This document shows positions 1 through 10,213 of a stretch of 64,000 nt of DNA, piece after piece. Made by a program: the position numbers and the translations under genes. Below the pieces are notes generated by a model. The model was not told where the DNA came from and searched no databases. It saw only the letters and a program-made list of their open reading frames with translations. The stretch is taken from assembly GCA_009784945.1 (NCBI GenBank), contig WQXH01000006.1, forward strand, positions 1,658-65,657, written 5' to 3'. The stretch is from Coriobacteriia bacterium (GTDB taxonomy: Bacteria; Actinomycetota; Coriobacteriia; Coriobacteriales; UBA8131). The stretch's first letter is position 1. Every line of letters begins with the position of its first letter.

Positions 1-2
1 GT

Positions 3-878
3 AATATCGTTCCTCTCGCGCTGTGCCTTAATGACAATCCTGCCGCCCTCGCCCGTTTCCTGAGCGCTGGAGCAAAGCTCGAGCTGACAAGCTCTGGTAT
101 GGTTAAGCTGACTTTGGCTGACGACATCAATAAGCTACCCCGAACAACTGCGATTGCCGTGAGCTTTGTGGCAACCATAGCAGTTTATAACGCAACGGTT
201 GATTACGCGGGTGGAACAGTCATGGTTGAAAATGGCAACATTCATACTCAGGCTGACGGAGTACCGAGCTATGGAGGCACTCCCTATCGCAATGTCAACA
301 CAGTATATGGGTGGCCAGCAGAAGGGTATCGCGTCGTTCACGAGAAGGTCGTGATACGCAACCTCAATGACCTGCTTGGAGATTCGATTCTGTTGGATAT
401 CTTCCAAACCAGCCCAGCAGCTCGCACCAGCCCATTGGCCGCAAACATGTACTTTATGGCAACGTTAAACACAACAGTCGCTGGTATTGCTACAACGGTT
501 CCTGTGAGCGGCACGATTGAGTACAACGAATCGGAGGTCAAGGTTACTTTGGATGCCATACCAGTACCCATGCAAATCGACATCATCTTTGAGATTCAGG
601 AGAACAGTCAAGTTACCCCTGTCATACCCAAACCTCCGGGCGGCAACCCTGAAACACCCACTAAACCTGAATCCCCAGACGGTGGCCCCGCGATAACCAC
701 GCCCCGACCCCCAGGTAGTAACCTGGTTATTTCCAACACACCCCGCCTGCCAGGCGTTCTACCGATAACTGGAGACAATGCCCTATGGCTGCCGGTCATT
801 CTCGTAGCTTGCGCACTGGCTCTCATCGCTGCCGGCTTGCTTGTCAGGCGCAGGCGCACCATTCGCAATAACTGCTAG
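3..878 (+). CDS. C-terminal part of a sortase-anchored (LPXTG-type) surface protein; the 5-prime end lies upstream of the window
   Basis: The frame of listed ORF 99..878 stays open back to nt 3 with no stop, so the Met at 99 is probably internal. Pro-rich stalk (PKPPGGNPETPTKPESPDGGP). LPITGD sorting motif followed by a hydrophobic helix and an RRRR tail. Confidence 0.75.
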   Translation, partial: NIVPLALCLNDNPAALARFLSAGAKLELTSSGMVKLTLADDINKLPRTTAIAVSFVATIAVYNATVDYAGGTVMVENGNIHTQADGVPSYGGTPYRNVNTVYGWPAEGYRVVHEKVVIRNLNDLLGDSILLDIFQTSPAARTSPLAANMYFMATLNTTVAGIATTVPVSGTIEYNESEVKVTLDAIPVPMQIDIIFEIQENSQVTPVIPKPPGGNPETPTKPESPDGGPAITTPRPPGSNLVISNTPRLPGVLPITGDNALWLPVILVACALALIAAGLLVRRRRTIRNNC

Positions 879-890
879 TTCCTTTGTTAG

Positions 891-924
891 CGAAGCAGTC
901 TGGTCTCCTGCCTAGACTGCTTCG
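891..924. terminator. Hairpin between convergent genes, a possible bidirectional terminator
   Basis: CGAAGCAGTCT (891-901) pairs perfectly with AGACTGCTTCG (914-924) around a 12-nt loop. It lies between the stop at 878 and the uvrA stop at 963. Confidence 0.5.
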
Positions 925-962
925 TCTGACAGTTAAGCGCATTTTGTACTCCAACAATAAAT

Positions 963-3779
963 CTATAGCACCTTGGCGAGAAATTGGCCGGTGTAGCTCT
1001 CTTTGACTTGGGCTACTTGCTCTGGGGTACCGTAGGCTATAATCTCGCCGCCTCGGTCTCCTCCGTCTGGGCCGAGGTCTAAGACGCGGTCGGCGCTTTT
1101 GATAACGTCAAGATTGTGCTCGATAACCAGCACGGTGTTGCCGCGCTCCACGAGGCGCTCTAAGACCTCCAGCAGCTGGCGTACGTCGTCAAAATGCAGG
1201 CCGGTAGTGGGCTCATCAAGTATATAGAAGGTATTGCCCGTTTGTTTGCGCTGAAGCTCACTGGAGAGCTTAACGCGCTGAGCCTCTCCGCCAGAGAGCG
1301 TGGTGGCAGGCTGTCCGAGCTTGATGTAGCCAAGCCCTACGTCGTGCAGGGTTTGCAGCTTGCGTGCTACCTGGGGAATGTTTTCAAAAAAGGAGAGTGC
1401 TTCAGCTACGCTCATCTTAAGCACGTCAGAGACGTTCTTGCCCCGGTAGGTAATCTGAAGAGTCTCACGATTGTAGCGTGCTCCGTGGCAGACTTCGCAG
1501 GGAACATAAACGTCGGGCAAAAAGTGCATCTCTATCTTGATTTGGCCGTCACCTTTGCAGGCCTCACAACGACCACCAGCCACATTAAAGGAAAAGCGCC
1601 CAGGGCTGTAGCCACGCGCACGACTCTCGGGAACCGAGGAAAAGAGCTGGCGTATGTCGTCCCAAAGCCCCACATAGGTGGCTGGATTGGAGCGCGGTGT
1701 GCGACCAATGGGAGACTGATCGATGTCGATGACCTTGTTAATCTGCTCAACGCCTTTCAGTCTGTCGTATGAACCCACACGCTTATGGGAGTGATGGATG
1801 CGATTGGTAAGCGCCGGAGCCAAGGTGTCGGTTATCAGGGAGGACTTGCCTGAGCCGCTTACGCCCGTTACTACGGTGAGGGTTCCGAGCTCAAGTTCTA
1901 CCGAAACATTTCTCAGATTATTTGTTGCAGCGCCCTCTATGGCAAGCACGCCCTTGTCTGGACTTCTGCGCTTGGCTGGCAATGCAATTGACTTGCGCCC
2001 TGACAGGTAGTCAGCGGTTAGCGAGCCCTTAACCTTGCATACCTCGGCAGGCGTACCTTGAGCAACAACCTCTCCGCCGTGTTCTCCAGCACGTGGGCCA
2101 AGGTCAAGTACATGGTCTGCTGAGGCAATGGTCTCTTCATCGTGCTCAACAACGATGACCGTATTGCCCAAATCGCGCAGGCGCACCAGGGTGGCAATGA
2201 GTCTTTGATTATCGCGTTGGTGCAGGCCTATGGAGGGCTCATCAAGAATGTAGAGCACTCCCATAAGTCCTGCGCCTATTTGCGTTGCCAGTCTGATGCG
2301 CTGCGCCTCGCCACCCGAGAGAGTGGCTGTGGCACGCTCGAGTGCCAGGTAGTCCAGGCCAACATCCACTAAAAAGCGCAGCCGCTCGACTATTTCTTTA
2401 ACGACGCGACCACCAATCTGCTGCTCGCGTTGGCTCAAGGTAAGCTGTTCAAAGAACTCCAGGCACTGCAAGGCCGAAAACTGGGTAACTTGAAAGATGT
2501 TAAGCTCCCCTACTGTTACTGCCAAAATCTCGGGCTTGAGTCGTGCGCCATTGCAGGCTTTGCAGGGGGTAATGGAGAGGAACTGCTCAAGCTTGGTCTT
2601 TTGCTGCTCGCTTTGGGTTTCGCGGTAGCGATCCATGACCAGCTTGATGAGTCCGTCCCATTTATAGGTCCAGTGCGTGTCTCGTCCGTCGCGGGTTACA
2701 TAGTCTACGCGGATCTTTTCTGGCACCCCTTCCAGGTATGCCTTCTTGACCTTGGCAGGATAGTCCTCCCAAGGCGTGGTGACGTCAACGTCCAAGTGCT
2801 TTGCTACGGCAGCCAACACCTGCGGAATGTAGTTTGAGTTGACCCCAAAGACCGTGAAGGCACCCTCATCTAAGGTCAAAGAGGGATTAGGGATGATGAG
2901 TGAGGGGTCAACCTCATTCTTATAACCTAGTCCGAGGCAGTCTGGACAAGCGCCATAGGGAGCGTTAAAGGAAAAGTCGCGCGGCTCAAGCTCTCCCAGG
3001 GAGTGTCCATGTATGGGACAAGCTAGTGCCAATGAGAAGGACTCCTCAACATCTGAGTCTATGAGCTGAATAATCACGTTACCCTCGGCTATGCGTGTGG
3101 CAGTCTCTACCGCCTCAGCTATGCGGCTCTTGCTCTTAGCCTTGAGCACAAGTCGGTCTACAACTACTTCAATATTATGGCGGTAGTTTTTGTCGAGCAC
3201 GATTTCTTCTGAAAGCTGACGCACCTCGCCATCCACCCGTACACGCATAAAGCCCTCTTTGGCCAGCGAGGTGAAGAGCTTGCCATATTCTCCCTTGCGG
3301 TCGCGCACTACGGGGGCAAGCACCAGTGCACGTTGCTCATTGCCCTGGTCGAGCTCCAGGATGCGGTCTACGACTTGGTCGGTCGTTTGGCGGTAGATTT
3401 CGCGCCCGCATTCCGGACAATGCGGAATACCAATGCGCGCAAAGAGCAGCCGCAGGTAGTCATAAATCTCGGTGACCGTGCCTACGGTAGAGCGGGGATT
3501 TTTTGAGGTGGTCTTTTGGTCGATAGAAACTGCTGGCGAGAGCCCTTCGATGGAGTCGAGGTCGGGCTTGTCCATCTGCCCGAGGAACTGACGTGCGTAA
3601 GCGCTCAAACTCTCAACGTAACGTCGCTGCCCCTCAGCATAGATGGTGTCAAAGGCAAGCGAGCTTTTGCCCGAACCCGAAAGTCCGGTAATAACCACAA
3701 GCTTATCTCGTGGAATCTTGATATCCAGATTCTTGAGGTTATGCTCTCTGGCACCCCGTATGACAATGTATTCCTGCAC
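963..3779 (-). CDS. uvrA: Excinuclease ABC subunit A
   Basis: 938 aa. N-terminus [17 protein letters not shown]. Two ABC modules ([24 protein letters not shown], two LSGGE signatures). Zinc-finger Cys pairs ([17 protein letters not shown]...CEVCHG). Confidence 0.97.
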   Translation of the reverse strand: MQEYIVIRGAREHNLKNLDIKIPRDKLVVITGLSGSGKSSLAFDTIYAEGQRRYVESLSAYARQFLGQMDKPDLDSIEGLSPAVSIDQKTTSKNPRSTVGTVTEIYDYLRLLFARIGIPHCPECGREIYRQTTDQVVDRILELDQGNEQRALVLAPVVRDRKGEYGKLFTSLAKEGFMRVRVDGEVRQLSEEIVLDKNYRHNIEVVVDRLVLKAKSKSRIAEAVETATRIAEGNVIIQLIDSDVEESFSLALACPIHGHSLGELEPRDFSFNAPYGACPDCLGLGYKNEVDPSLIIPNPSLTLDEGAFTVFGVNSNYIPQVLAAVAKHLDVDVTTPWEDYPAKVKKAYLEGVPEKIRVDYVTRDGRDTHWTYKWDGLIKLVMDRYRETQSEQQKTKLEQFLSITPCKACNGARLKPEILAVTVGELNIFQVTQFSALQCLEFFEQLTLSQREQQIGGRVVKEIVERLRFLVDVGLDYLALERATATLSGGEAQRIRLATQIGAGLMGVLYILDEPSIGLHQRDNQRLIATLVRLRDLGNTVIVVEHDEETIASADHVLDLGPRAGEHGGEVVAQGTPAEVCKVKGSLTADYLSGRKSIALPAKRRSPDKGVLAIEGAATNNLRNVSVELELGTLTVVTGVSGSGKSSLITDTLAPALTNRIHHSHKRVGSYDRLKGVEQINKVIDIDQSPIGRTPRSNPATYVGLWDDIRQLFSSVPESRARGYSPGRFSFNVAGGRCEACKGDGQIKIEMHFLPDVYVPCEVCHGARYNRETLQITYRGKNVSDVLKMSVAEALSFFENIPQVARKLQTLHDVGLGYIKLGQPATTLSGGEAQRVKLSSELQRKQTGNTFYILDEPTTGLHFDDVRQLLEVLERLVERGNTVLVIEHNLDVIKSADRVLDLGPDGGDRGGEIIAYGTPEQVAQVKESYTGQFLAKVL

Positions 3780-4039
3780 GCCGTCTTCATCCCTTCGGTA
3801 TTATTCTTTCATAAAAAATCCAAATGTGCACAATCATTCATTGTATCGCAGCCAGCGCTCTGAAGCGACTAAAACTGCCCTGAGGGGGCGATGATTAATT
3901 TATTGCTTTTTTGACGTGGATAGAAAAGTAGGTTGATTAAGCTGGTGATCCTCACCTGGCAGGTTGTTGGTTATAATAAGACTGCTTTGTATAACAAGAT
4001 GCAGCTTAGATGAGCCGTACTACAGAAACGAGGAGACTT

Positions 4040-4198
4040 ATGAAGTACCAATGTACCATCTGCAGTTACGTTTACGATCCTGCAATTGGCGACAGTGATG
4101 GAGACGTTGAAGCTGGCACTCCGTGGGAGGCTGTTCCCGAGGACTGGTCGTGCCCGCTTTGCGGCGTGGACAAGAGTCTGTGCGAACCTCTTGACTAA
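4040..4198 (+). CDS. Rubredoxin
   Basis: MKYQCTICSYVYDP...WSCPLCG contains the two CxxC pairs and the aromatic core of rubredoxin. AGGAGA lies 6 nt upstream of the ATG at 4040; the listed start at 4010 is less likely. Confidence 0.85.
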   Translation: MKYQCTICSYVYDPAIGDSDGDVEAGTPWEAVPEDWSCPLCGVDKSLCEPLD

Positions 4199-4227
4199 GT
4201 GCCTGACTCTGTAGAGTTATTTGACTC

Positions 4228-5709
4228 TTGAACATTAAACGCAACGAGGTTTCCGTAGAAGTTCCAAACAGGCAAGGCGCAAGCCTGCTTGACCTCATTC
4301 GCTCATCTGGGCTGCCTTTTGCTGCGCCCTGCGCAGGCAAAGGCATCTGCGGCAAGTGCAAGGTGCTTGTCCAAGGTGAGGAGGACACCTGGACAGCTCA
4401 GGCATGTAAAACCCCGGCGGAAAGCATTGTGAGTGTTGAGCTTGAGGGCAGCGCTGCCACGCTTGACCTCAAACTTCTTCATGAACTCGTACCAGAAAAC
4501 CACTATGGCATAGCCATTGACCTGGGCACTTCTACCTTGGAAGCAGAGCTGGTAAACCTGGATACTGGGGTTACCATTGCCACTGCCGCAAGCATGAACC
4601 CTCAAGCCATCTACGGCTCTGATGTAATCAGCCGAATTGAGGCTGCGCAAGCAGGGCATTTGCTACAGCTGCAAAAGCTCGCTCTTGATGCTCTTTTCGA
4701 CATGGTCAGCCAGCTTTGCGCTCAAGCTTGCCTGCCGATTTCCAGCCTCAAGGATATCACCCTGGCCGGCAATACGGTCATGCAGCATCTCGCTTGCGGC
4801 TTGCAGCCTGCCACCATTGGAAGTTATCCTTATCAACCGATTAGCCGTTTTGGTGTATATCACAGACCGTGGCAGAATATGCCACCTGTTTGGTTGGCTC
4901 CCTGCATCTCGGGGTATGTGGGAGGAGATGTCGTAGCTGGCATGCTCAGCAATCAGAAGCACCCCTCTCTCCTGATTGACCTTGGCACCAACGGAGAGAT
5001 TGCGCTTCAAACTCACAAGGGATCTTGGGCGGCAGCTACTGCAGCAGGACCTGTATTTGAAGGCATGAACATCTCCAGTGGAATGGTAGCGTTACCCGGT
5101 GCAGTAAAGAGTGCTTGGTACAATGAGGAAACTGACATTCTCGATTTAGAGGTTGTTGGCGGTGGCGAGGCGCAGGGTATCTGCGGCAGCGGTCTTGTGG
5201 ATATTGTTGCCCTCATGCTGTCTCATGGCCTGGTAGACGAGAGCGGTAAGCTATTGAGAGCCAGCGAGAGCACCTCTCCCCTGGCAAGCAGGGTAGTGCT
5301 ACACAAAGGTGAGCCTGCCTTCAAGCTCTTGACGCATGCAGATGTTGTGCTCACGCAAGGAGACATACGTAATCTTCAGCTTGCCAAGGCAGCCATAGCT
5401 GCTGGCGTTGAAGCTGTTTTAGAGGCTGCTGGCTTGACACCTCAAGACCTCTCTAGCGTAGCTCTGGCTGGCAGTCTGGGTCTACACATCAACCCTCGCC
5501 ACGCCGCCATCCTTGGTTTAATACCCCCAGCCCTGCTTGGCATTACCACCTCGATTGGCAATAGCTCACTTGCAGGCGCTCGCCTGGCTCTGCTTGATCC
5601 TCAGGCTCGCGAGCACATGCAGATGCTGGCGCAGCAGACCCAATACATCGAGCTGAGCACCAATGAGCTCTTTACCGCCCGCTACCTCGAAAACATGGGC
5701 TTTGCCTAG
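4228..5709 (+). CDS. [2Fe-2S] ferredoxin domain fused to an ASKHA-fold ATPase (DUF4445 / corrinoid reductive-activase-like)
   Basis: N-terminal CAGKGICGKCKV Cys cluster. ASKHA phosphate motifs DLGTSTLEA and DLGTNGEI. GICGSGLVD motif. TTG start 29 nt after the rubredoxin stop. Confidence 0.7.
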   Translation: MNIKRNEVSVEVPNRQGASLLDLIRSSGLPFAAPCAGKGICGKCKVLVQGEEDTWTAQACKTPAESIVSVELEGSAATLDLKLLHELVPENHYGIAIDLGTSTLEAELVNLDTGVTIATAASMNPQAIYGSDVISRIEAAQAGHLLQLQKLALDALFDMVSQLCAQACLPISSLKDITLAGNTVMQHLACGLQPATIGSYPYQPISRFGVYHRPWQNMPPVWLAPCISGYVGGDVVAGMLSNQKHPSLLIDLGTNGEIALQTHKGSWAAATAAGPVFEGMNISSGMVALPGAVKSAWYNEETDILDLEVVGGGEAQGICGSGLVDIVALMLSHGLVDESGKLLRASESTSPLASRVVLHKGEPAFKLLTHADVVLTQGDIRNLQLAKAAIAAGVEAVLEAAGLTPQDLSSVALAGSLGLHINPRHAAILGLIPPALLGITTSIGNSSLAGARLALLDPQAREHMQMLAQQTQYIELSTNELFTARYLENMGFA

Positions 5710-5758
5710 TGTAGAGTCTTCTGTTTACGCAGACCAGAGGCAGTATTGCTCATCTATG

Positions 5759-6457
5759 CTATGCAGGCTTTTCTTCATAGAGCCGCCCGTCAGACATGGT
5801 CATTCTTGTATTGCAGTGTGCTGCTACCAAATGATCATGAGTGATGGTTATTATGGTCTTGCCCTTTTCGTTTAAGCTTTTTAAAACACCCATGATATCT
5901 TCTGTAGTACTAGTGTCTAAAGCGCCCGTTGGCTCATCAGCCAAGATGACACTTGGTTCGTTGATTAAAGCACGTGCAATAGCAACGCGTTGGCGCTGTC
6001 CGCCTGAAAGCTTTTGTACGGGCACATTGATTTTTTCAGATATGCCCAACTCTTCTAAAACCCCCTCAATCCTCCGGCGCTTTTCCTTAGAGCTCAGTTT
6101 GTATTGACGGTAAGCAAAGGGGATGGCTATGTTTTGCTTGACAGTGAGCTTTTCTACCAAGGCAAAATCTTGAACCACAAAGCCAAAGAATGCATTGCGG
6201 ATTTGTGCCTTTTTCTTTGTGCTCATTAGGCTCACCTGTTTGCCCCTGATGAGATATTCGCCCTTGGTGGCATCAGTTAGCAGGCCAATGATGTTAAGCA
6301 GGGTAGATTTGCCAGAGCCCGATACTCCTTTAATAGCAAGCATCTCACCTTGGCTCACGGCCAAGTCAACACCATTTAAGGCATGGAGCTTAGTATCACC
6401 CTTGCCAAAAGTCTTTGTTACTCCTGATAGCTCAAAAAGGTATGACACGTTACTCAC
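5759..6457 (-). CDS. ABC transporter ATP-binding protein (MacB/LolD-like; resembles bacteriocin-export ATPases)
   Basis: Walker [18 protein letters not shown], signature LSGGQRQRVAIARAL, Walker B ILADEPTGALD, H-loop ITHD. Confidence 0.9.
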   Translation of the reverse strand: MSNVSYLFELSGVTKTFGKGDTKLHALNGVDLAVSQGEMLAIKGVSGSGKSTLLNIIGLLTDATKGEYLIRGKQVSLMSTKKKAQIRNAFFGFVVQDFALVEKLTVKQNIAIPFAYRQYKLSSKEKRRRIEGVLEELGISEKINVPVQKLSGGQRQRVAIARALINEPSVILADEPTGALDTSTTEDIMGVLKSLNEKGKTIITITHDHLVAAHCNTRMTMSDGRLYEEKPA

Positions 6458-7619
6458 TTATCCTTATCATAGTAGGTATACTGGTTGAATTCAGCCGCCA
6501 AAGAGGTACTACTAGTACTAGTACGCAAAGTATCAAGGCGAGCAAAATCGTATAAGCATTTGCTAGAGAAAGCCCAAATACTATCAGGGTTGGCAGAAGA
6601 GCTAGCGCAAAGATTAGGGCAACCTGGATAGTAAGCCGCAGAGAAATATCTACCATCCTTGCTCCACAGAGGATGTGTATGGAATACTCCCTCATGTTCT
6701 TCTTTTGCGTAGCGAGTAGCGCGGCAACCATTCCCACAGCTCCAAATAACAAAATGATAGCTGAGGTAAGCAACTGGTACACAACGACTTTGGTGACAAT
6801 GTCTATAAAGTATTCAAGGTTTGACTCTACCGTTTCAAAGCGTATTGAGAATAGGTCTAGCTCCGCAGACTTTTCTTCGATAGAACGTAGAGTATCAAGG
6901 TCGCCGGTAAGAAATATTGTAGAGGAGAGAGCCATGTCTAAATCAGTTAGGCTCTCCAAAGATGATCCGCTAAACACATCAAAGGGTTTGAGGTAGGCAT
7001 TGTTAAGGCTGATAAGGTGCATGGGGTTTCTGATATCTGGGTACGATGCATTGTTCTCGAGTATACCCACTACCACACAGCTTGTCTCCTGACCTGTTCC
7101 ACCGTCCATAAAATCATAGGTGGAGCCCACCTCAAATTCATCTCTCAGGCTATAACCAATGAGTACTGGAGTTACCTCGCACTTCTCAAAGTCCTTGGCA
7201 TCAAACATTCTGCCTTCGATGACCCTGAGTTTGAAGAGGTCGAAGAACCCTTTGCTTGCAGTTCTCTGATTAATTGCGATGCCTCCAACAACATTAGGGT
7301 TTCCAAAACCATCATAGCCCCAGATTGCATACTGCTTAACCGAGGCAGAGGCAATATAGTCATAGAACTCTTGTAGCTTTGGAACCGTCTCTGGGTCTGA
7401 GAATAATTGGTTTTCTCTCTCAGGGGTTGTGCTATCTCTCATCATATACGCCTCTGCTCCTCTAAGAGACTCCAGGCTCCTAAGTCCATCAGAGAGGGCA
7501 AGGATGCTTCCTAATGAATACGAGAAAATTAAAAAGACTGCTATCATTTGCAAGAAGAAGAAAGTGTTAACCCGCAGGTTTCTCAGTATGTCAAAAAGGG
7601 CAAATCGAATTTGCTGCAT
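6450..7619 (-). CDS. FtsX/MacB-type ABC permease (membrane partner 2)
   Basis: N-terminal TM helix, an extracytoplasmic domain of about 230 aa, and 3 C-terminal TM helices. Overlaps the ATPase start by 8 nt. Confidence 0.75.
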   Translation of the reverse strand: MQQIRFALFDILRNLRVNTFFFLQMIAVFLIFSYSLGSILALSDGLRSLESLRGAEAYMMRDSTTPERENQLFSDPETVPKLQEFYDYIASASVKQYAIWGYDGFGNPNVVGGIAINQRTASKGFFDLFKLRVIEGRMFDAKDFEKCEVTPVLIGYSLRDEFEVGSTYDFMDGGTGQETSCVVVGILENNASYPDIRNPMHLISLNNAYLKPFDVFSGSSLESLTDLDMALSSTIFLTGDLDTLRSIEEKSAELDLFSIRFETVESNLEYFIDIVTKVVVYQLLTSAIILLFGAVGMVAALLATQKKNMREYSIHILCGARMVDISLRLTIQVALIFALALLPTLIVFGLSLANAYTILLALILCVLVLVVPLWRLNSTSIPTMIRISE

Positions 7620-7620
7620 A

Positions 7621-8688
7621 TTACCTGCCCCTCGTTTCTATCAAGCTTTTGCTTTGAGCAGAGAGTAGCATAAGTGCCGAAGAGAGTAGAGCCAGGGTGA
7701 GGGTTGTTGCATAGGTAATGAGAATGGCAATCAAAGAGAAATCAAAACCTGCAAACACTTCTGTGCTGACCTGCGAGATAAGATAGGCTAGAGCCAGGCC
7801 TAGAACAAACGAGATAGAGGTAAGAAGGATATAGTCTCTGAGGAGCATAAGGTTAATGCGCGCGTTGGTGGCTCCCGTAATTCTGCGCACAAAGAGCTCT
7901 TGTCTTCTGCCGTCTATCCAGTTAGTGGTAAAGTTGATGGTGTTAAGCATGAGCATCACTAAAACCAGCAGCAGGGAGGCTAGGGTAAAAGTCTGAGCAG
8001 AAATGACTTTGCGCAATACCTCAGAGGGATTATTGTCTGTTTGTGCTCTTAGAACAGAGGCAGAGTAAAGCCTGTCGATTTCATTCAGAAGCGTCCCACT
8101 TGCTGCACCTGCGTCAAGTGAGTAGTGCCCCAGTACAGTGTTGCTGCCTGAAATGATGTTTTCTGAGCCAAGATTGTAATAGGCATAAGCATCAACATTG
8201 ACCCGGTTGTTGCTGCGCTGATACACACCTATTACCTCATAGTAGCTGTTGTCAAACCAAAGCATTTCACTTCCATCAATAATGGTAATTTCTTCGATAA
8301 GTTCTGTGCTTACTAGCGCTGTGTTACTTTGGTCGGCAAAGTCATCTACGCCAAAGCTTCTTCCAGAGATTATGTCTGGGGCAAAGACTTCTCCTTGGGA
8401 GTAGACTCCACTTATCTGTTGGTAGGACTCCTTTAACAATACAAAACTCTTTTCGCTATTATCAAGCAGACCTAAAAGATCGGTAAGCTTTTTATCGTCT
8501 TCCAAAACCTGAGCAAGGTCTTCGCCTATATAAAAAGAGTAATAATCCTGAGAGAGGCTGTCTGCAGGCAGCTTCGTCATGTTGTATGCCTCAATAAAGC
8601 TGGTGAGTAGTAGAGAAACGATGACGGCAGTAAAAAACGTGCAGACCAAAACGCTGGCCGATCTTGAAAGCAGGTATGTTAGATGCAA
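7621..8688 (-). CDS. FtsX/MacB-type ABC permease (membrane partner 1)
   Basis: Same topology: one TM, a large loop, three TMs. Its stop lies 1 nt from the next start, indicating translational coupling. Confidence 0.75.
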   Translation of the reverse strand: MHLTYLLSRSASVLVCTFFTAVIVSLLLTSFIEAYNMTKLPADSLSQDYYSFYIGEDLAQVLEDDKKLTDLLGLLDNSEKSFVLLKESYQQISGVYSQGEVFAPDIISGRSFGVDDFADQSNTALVSTELIEEITIIDGSEMLWFDNSYYEVIGVYQRSNNRVNVDAYAYYNLGSENIISGSNTVLGHYSLDAGAASGTLLNEIDRLYSASVLRAQTDNNPSEVLRKVISAQTFTLASLLLVLVMLMLNTINFTTNWIDGRRQELFVRRITGATNARINLMLLRDYILLTSISFVLGLALAYLISQVSTEVFAGFDFSLIAILITYATTLTLALLSSALMLLSAQSKSLIETRGR

Positions 8689-8794
8689 GTTTTCTCCTGT
8701 TCTCAGTGCTGCACTTAAAAGCTAATGCTTTCTCCCAATAAGTAGAACACCAAGGTGTAGACTTAGTGTCCTACTGGCTGCCACCGCAAAAAAC

Positions 8795-8821
8795 ATTATA
8801 CAACAGCAGCGTTGCCGCCAA
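8795..8821 (-). promoter_or_regulatory. Possible internal sigma-70-like promoter between the peptide gene and the permease genes
   Basis: On the minus strand: TTGGCG, then 15 nt, then a perfect TATAAT. The spacer is shorter than optimal, so this is weak. Confidence 0.3.
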
Positions 8822-8828
8822 ACAACCC

Positions 8829-9206
8829 TTAGTACAGCCACCCATAGTACAGGTAGCAGGCATTCCATGGGTCATTGAATTTTGATAACTGGGGAGTATA
8901 CACATAGTACCCCCCTCCGTTTCTTATATAGAAACTGTAGTATCTCCCTGAGTCATAACGACCTTCTACCTGACGCACATAGGCCTGCTTTACAACGTAC
9001 CTTGGATCCGTTCCATACGCACCTGTTCCTTTCATTCCTGCAATGAAGCAGGTTTGTATCCAATTGACAGGGCCCCTGCCCCAAAGCACATTTTGAATGC
9101 CAAGTCCCATGGCTGGAGCCATTGAGGCAGACACAAGTACAATCGAAAGAAACACAGCACAAAAAGCTTTTCTCATCTTTAGCATTGATAACACACCTTT
9201 CGTCAT
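8829..9206 (-). CDS. Small secreted Gly/Tyr/Trp-rich protein (candidate bacteriocin precursor)
   Basis: Signal-peptide-like N-terminus (KAFCAVFLSIVLVSASMAPAMG) and an aromatic-rich mature region ending YLYYGWLY. The start may instead be the ATG at 9185, preceded by AAAGGTG. First gene of the ABC operon. Confidence 0.6.
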   Translation of the reverse strand: MTKGVLSMLKMRKAFCAVFLSIVLVSASMAPAMGLGIQNVLWGRGPVNWIQTCFIAGMKGTGAYGTDPRYVVKQAYVRQVEGRYDSGRYYSFYIRNGGGYYVYTPQLSKFNDPWNACYLYYGWLY

Positions 9207-9738
9207 GTTGATATTTCACCTAGTGCAGAGCCTGGCTTATCTGACTACCTGCACGTCTCTAGTCTCGTAACAACGCGCGTTGCTTGAGAGATGATTGCCC
9301 TGCCTTGCACTACAGTCTTTTAGGGCTCATTGCAGGAAGAATCCAATCCACTAAACAAGCGCTTCCATATTATTCTGTTATTTTTTATGTAAACTATCAA
9401 ACCCACTTTATCAGCAATATCGTGCACTATCTTCTTCAGTCCCACAAGGTGCTCCATGTCTATAGCTAGCATTGAAACCTGTATGTACCCTGCTACCCAG
9501 CAGTGACAACAGATTCTGACAATAGCAGCATTATACAAAAAAAATAAAAACTCTTTGTCAAGTACCAAATCGTCTCCGATGTGGTTTTTAAAATGTAAGG
9601 GAAGCACCCTGCTGCTACCCGAGTAAGTGCCAAGAGAAAAACCTCCTATTTGTTGTTTATTAGTAGATTTTTATTGTTTTTCGATAAATCTTGTGCTATC
9701 ATCCTTTCAGTAAGTGAACCGTTGCGCCTTTTGGTGCA

Positions 9739-10206
9739 TTGAATGAAAGGTTGATGGCTGTGTGGAATCGTGATAGGTCTGTGCTTCTTTCTTTGGTGTG
9801 CACACGCATTATTATGGCTCTCGCTATCCTGCTGGCTCTGATGTTAGTGATGACTACTTGGATAGCTCCCGGTTATTTCTTTTATGCCTATGACTCACTA
9901 CCGCTTACGGTGACCTATTTTGGCTTTTGCCTGCCGGCCTTTGGCGCGCTTTGGTCGCTCGACAGGTTGCTGTGCGCTGTGCGCAAAGAAGAAGTCTTTT
10001 CTTCTGACAACGTGCGGTATCTGCGCATCATCTCCTGGTGCTGCTTTGGCGCTGGAGCCATCCTGTTGACAGGAAGCATCTTGGTAAGCCTCAATCTCAT
10101 CATACTGGCAGTCTTGGCCGCCTTCTTTGGCATAGTGATACGAGTGGTCAAAAACCTCTTTGCTGCTGCCGTGGCGCTTAAAAACGAAAACGACTTTACC
10201 ATCTAG
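9739..10206 (+). CDS. Small 4-TM membrane protein (DUF2975-like)
   Basis: Four hydrophobic helices, immediately followed by a YozG-type HTH gene, which is the usual DUF2975 pairing. Alternative start: ATG at 9754. Confidence 0.65.
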   Translation: MNERLMAVWNRDRSVLLSLVCTRIIMALAILLALMLVMTTWIAPGYFFYAYDSLPLTVTYFGFCLPAFGALWSLDRLLCAVRKEEVFSSDNVRYLRIISWCCFGAGAILLTGSILVSLNLIILAVLAAFFGIVIRVVKNLFAAAVALKNENDFTI

Positions 10207-10213
10207 GCCAGCC

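Noticed and set aside
9320-9607. 95-aa minus-strand ORF in the AT-rich spacer
   Set aside because: It has no convincing RBS, an odd Cys/Ile-rich composition and no motifs. It is not called as a gene, but is mentioned as a possible gene remnant.
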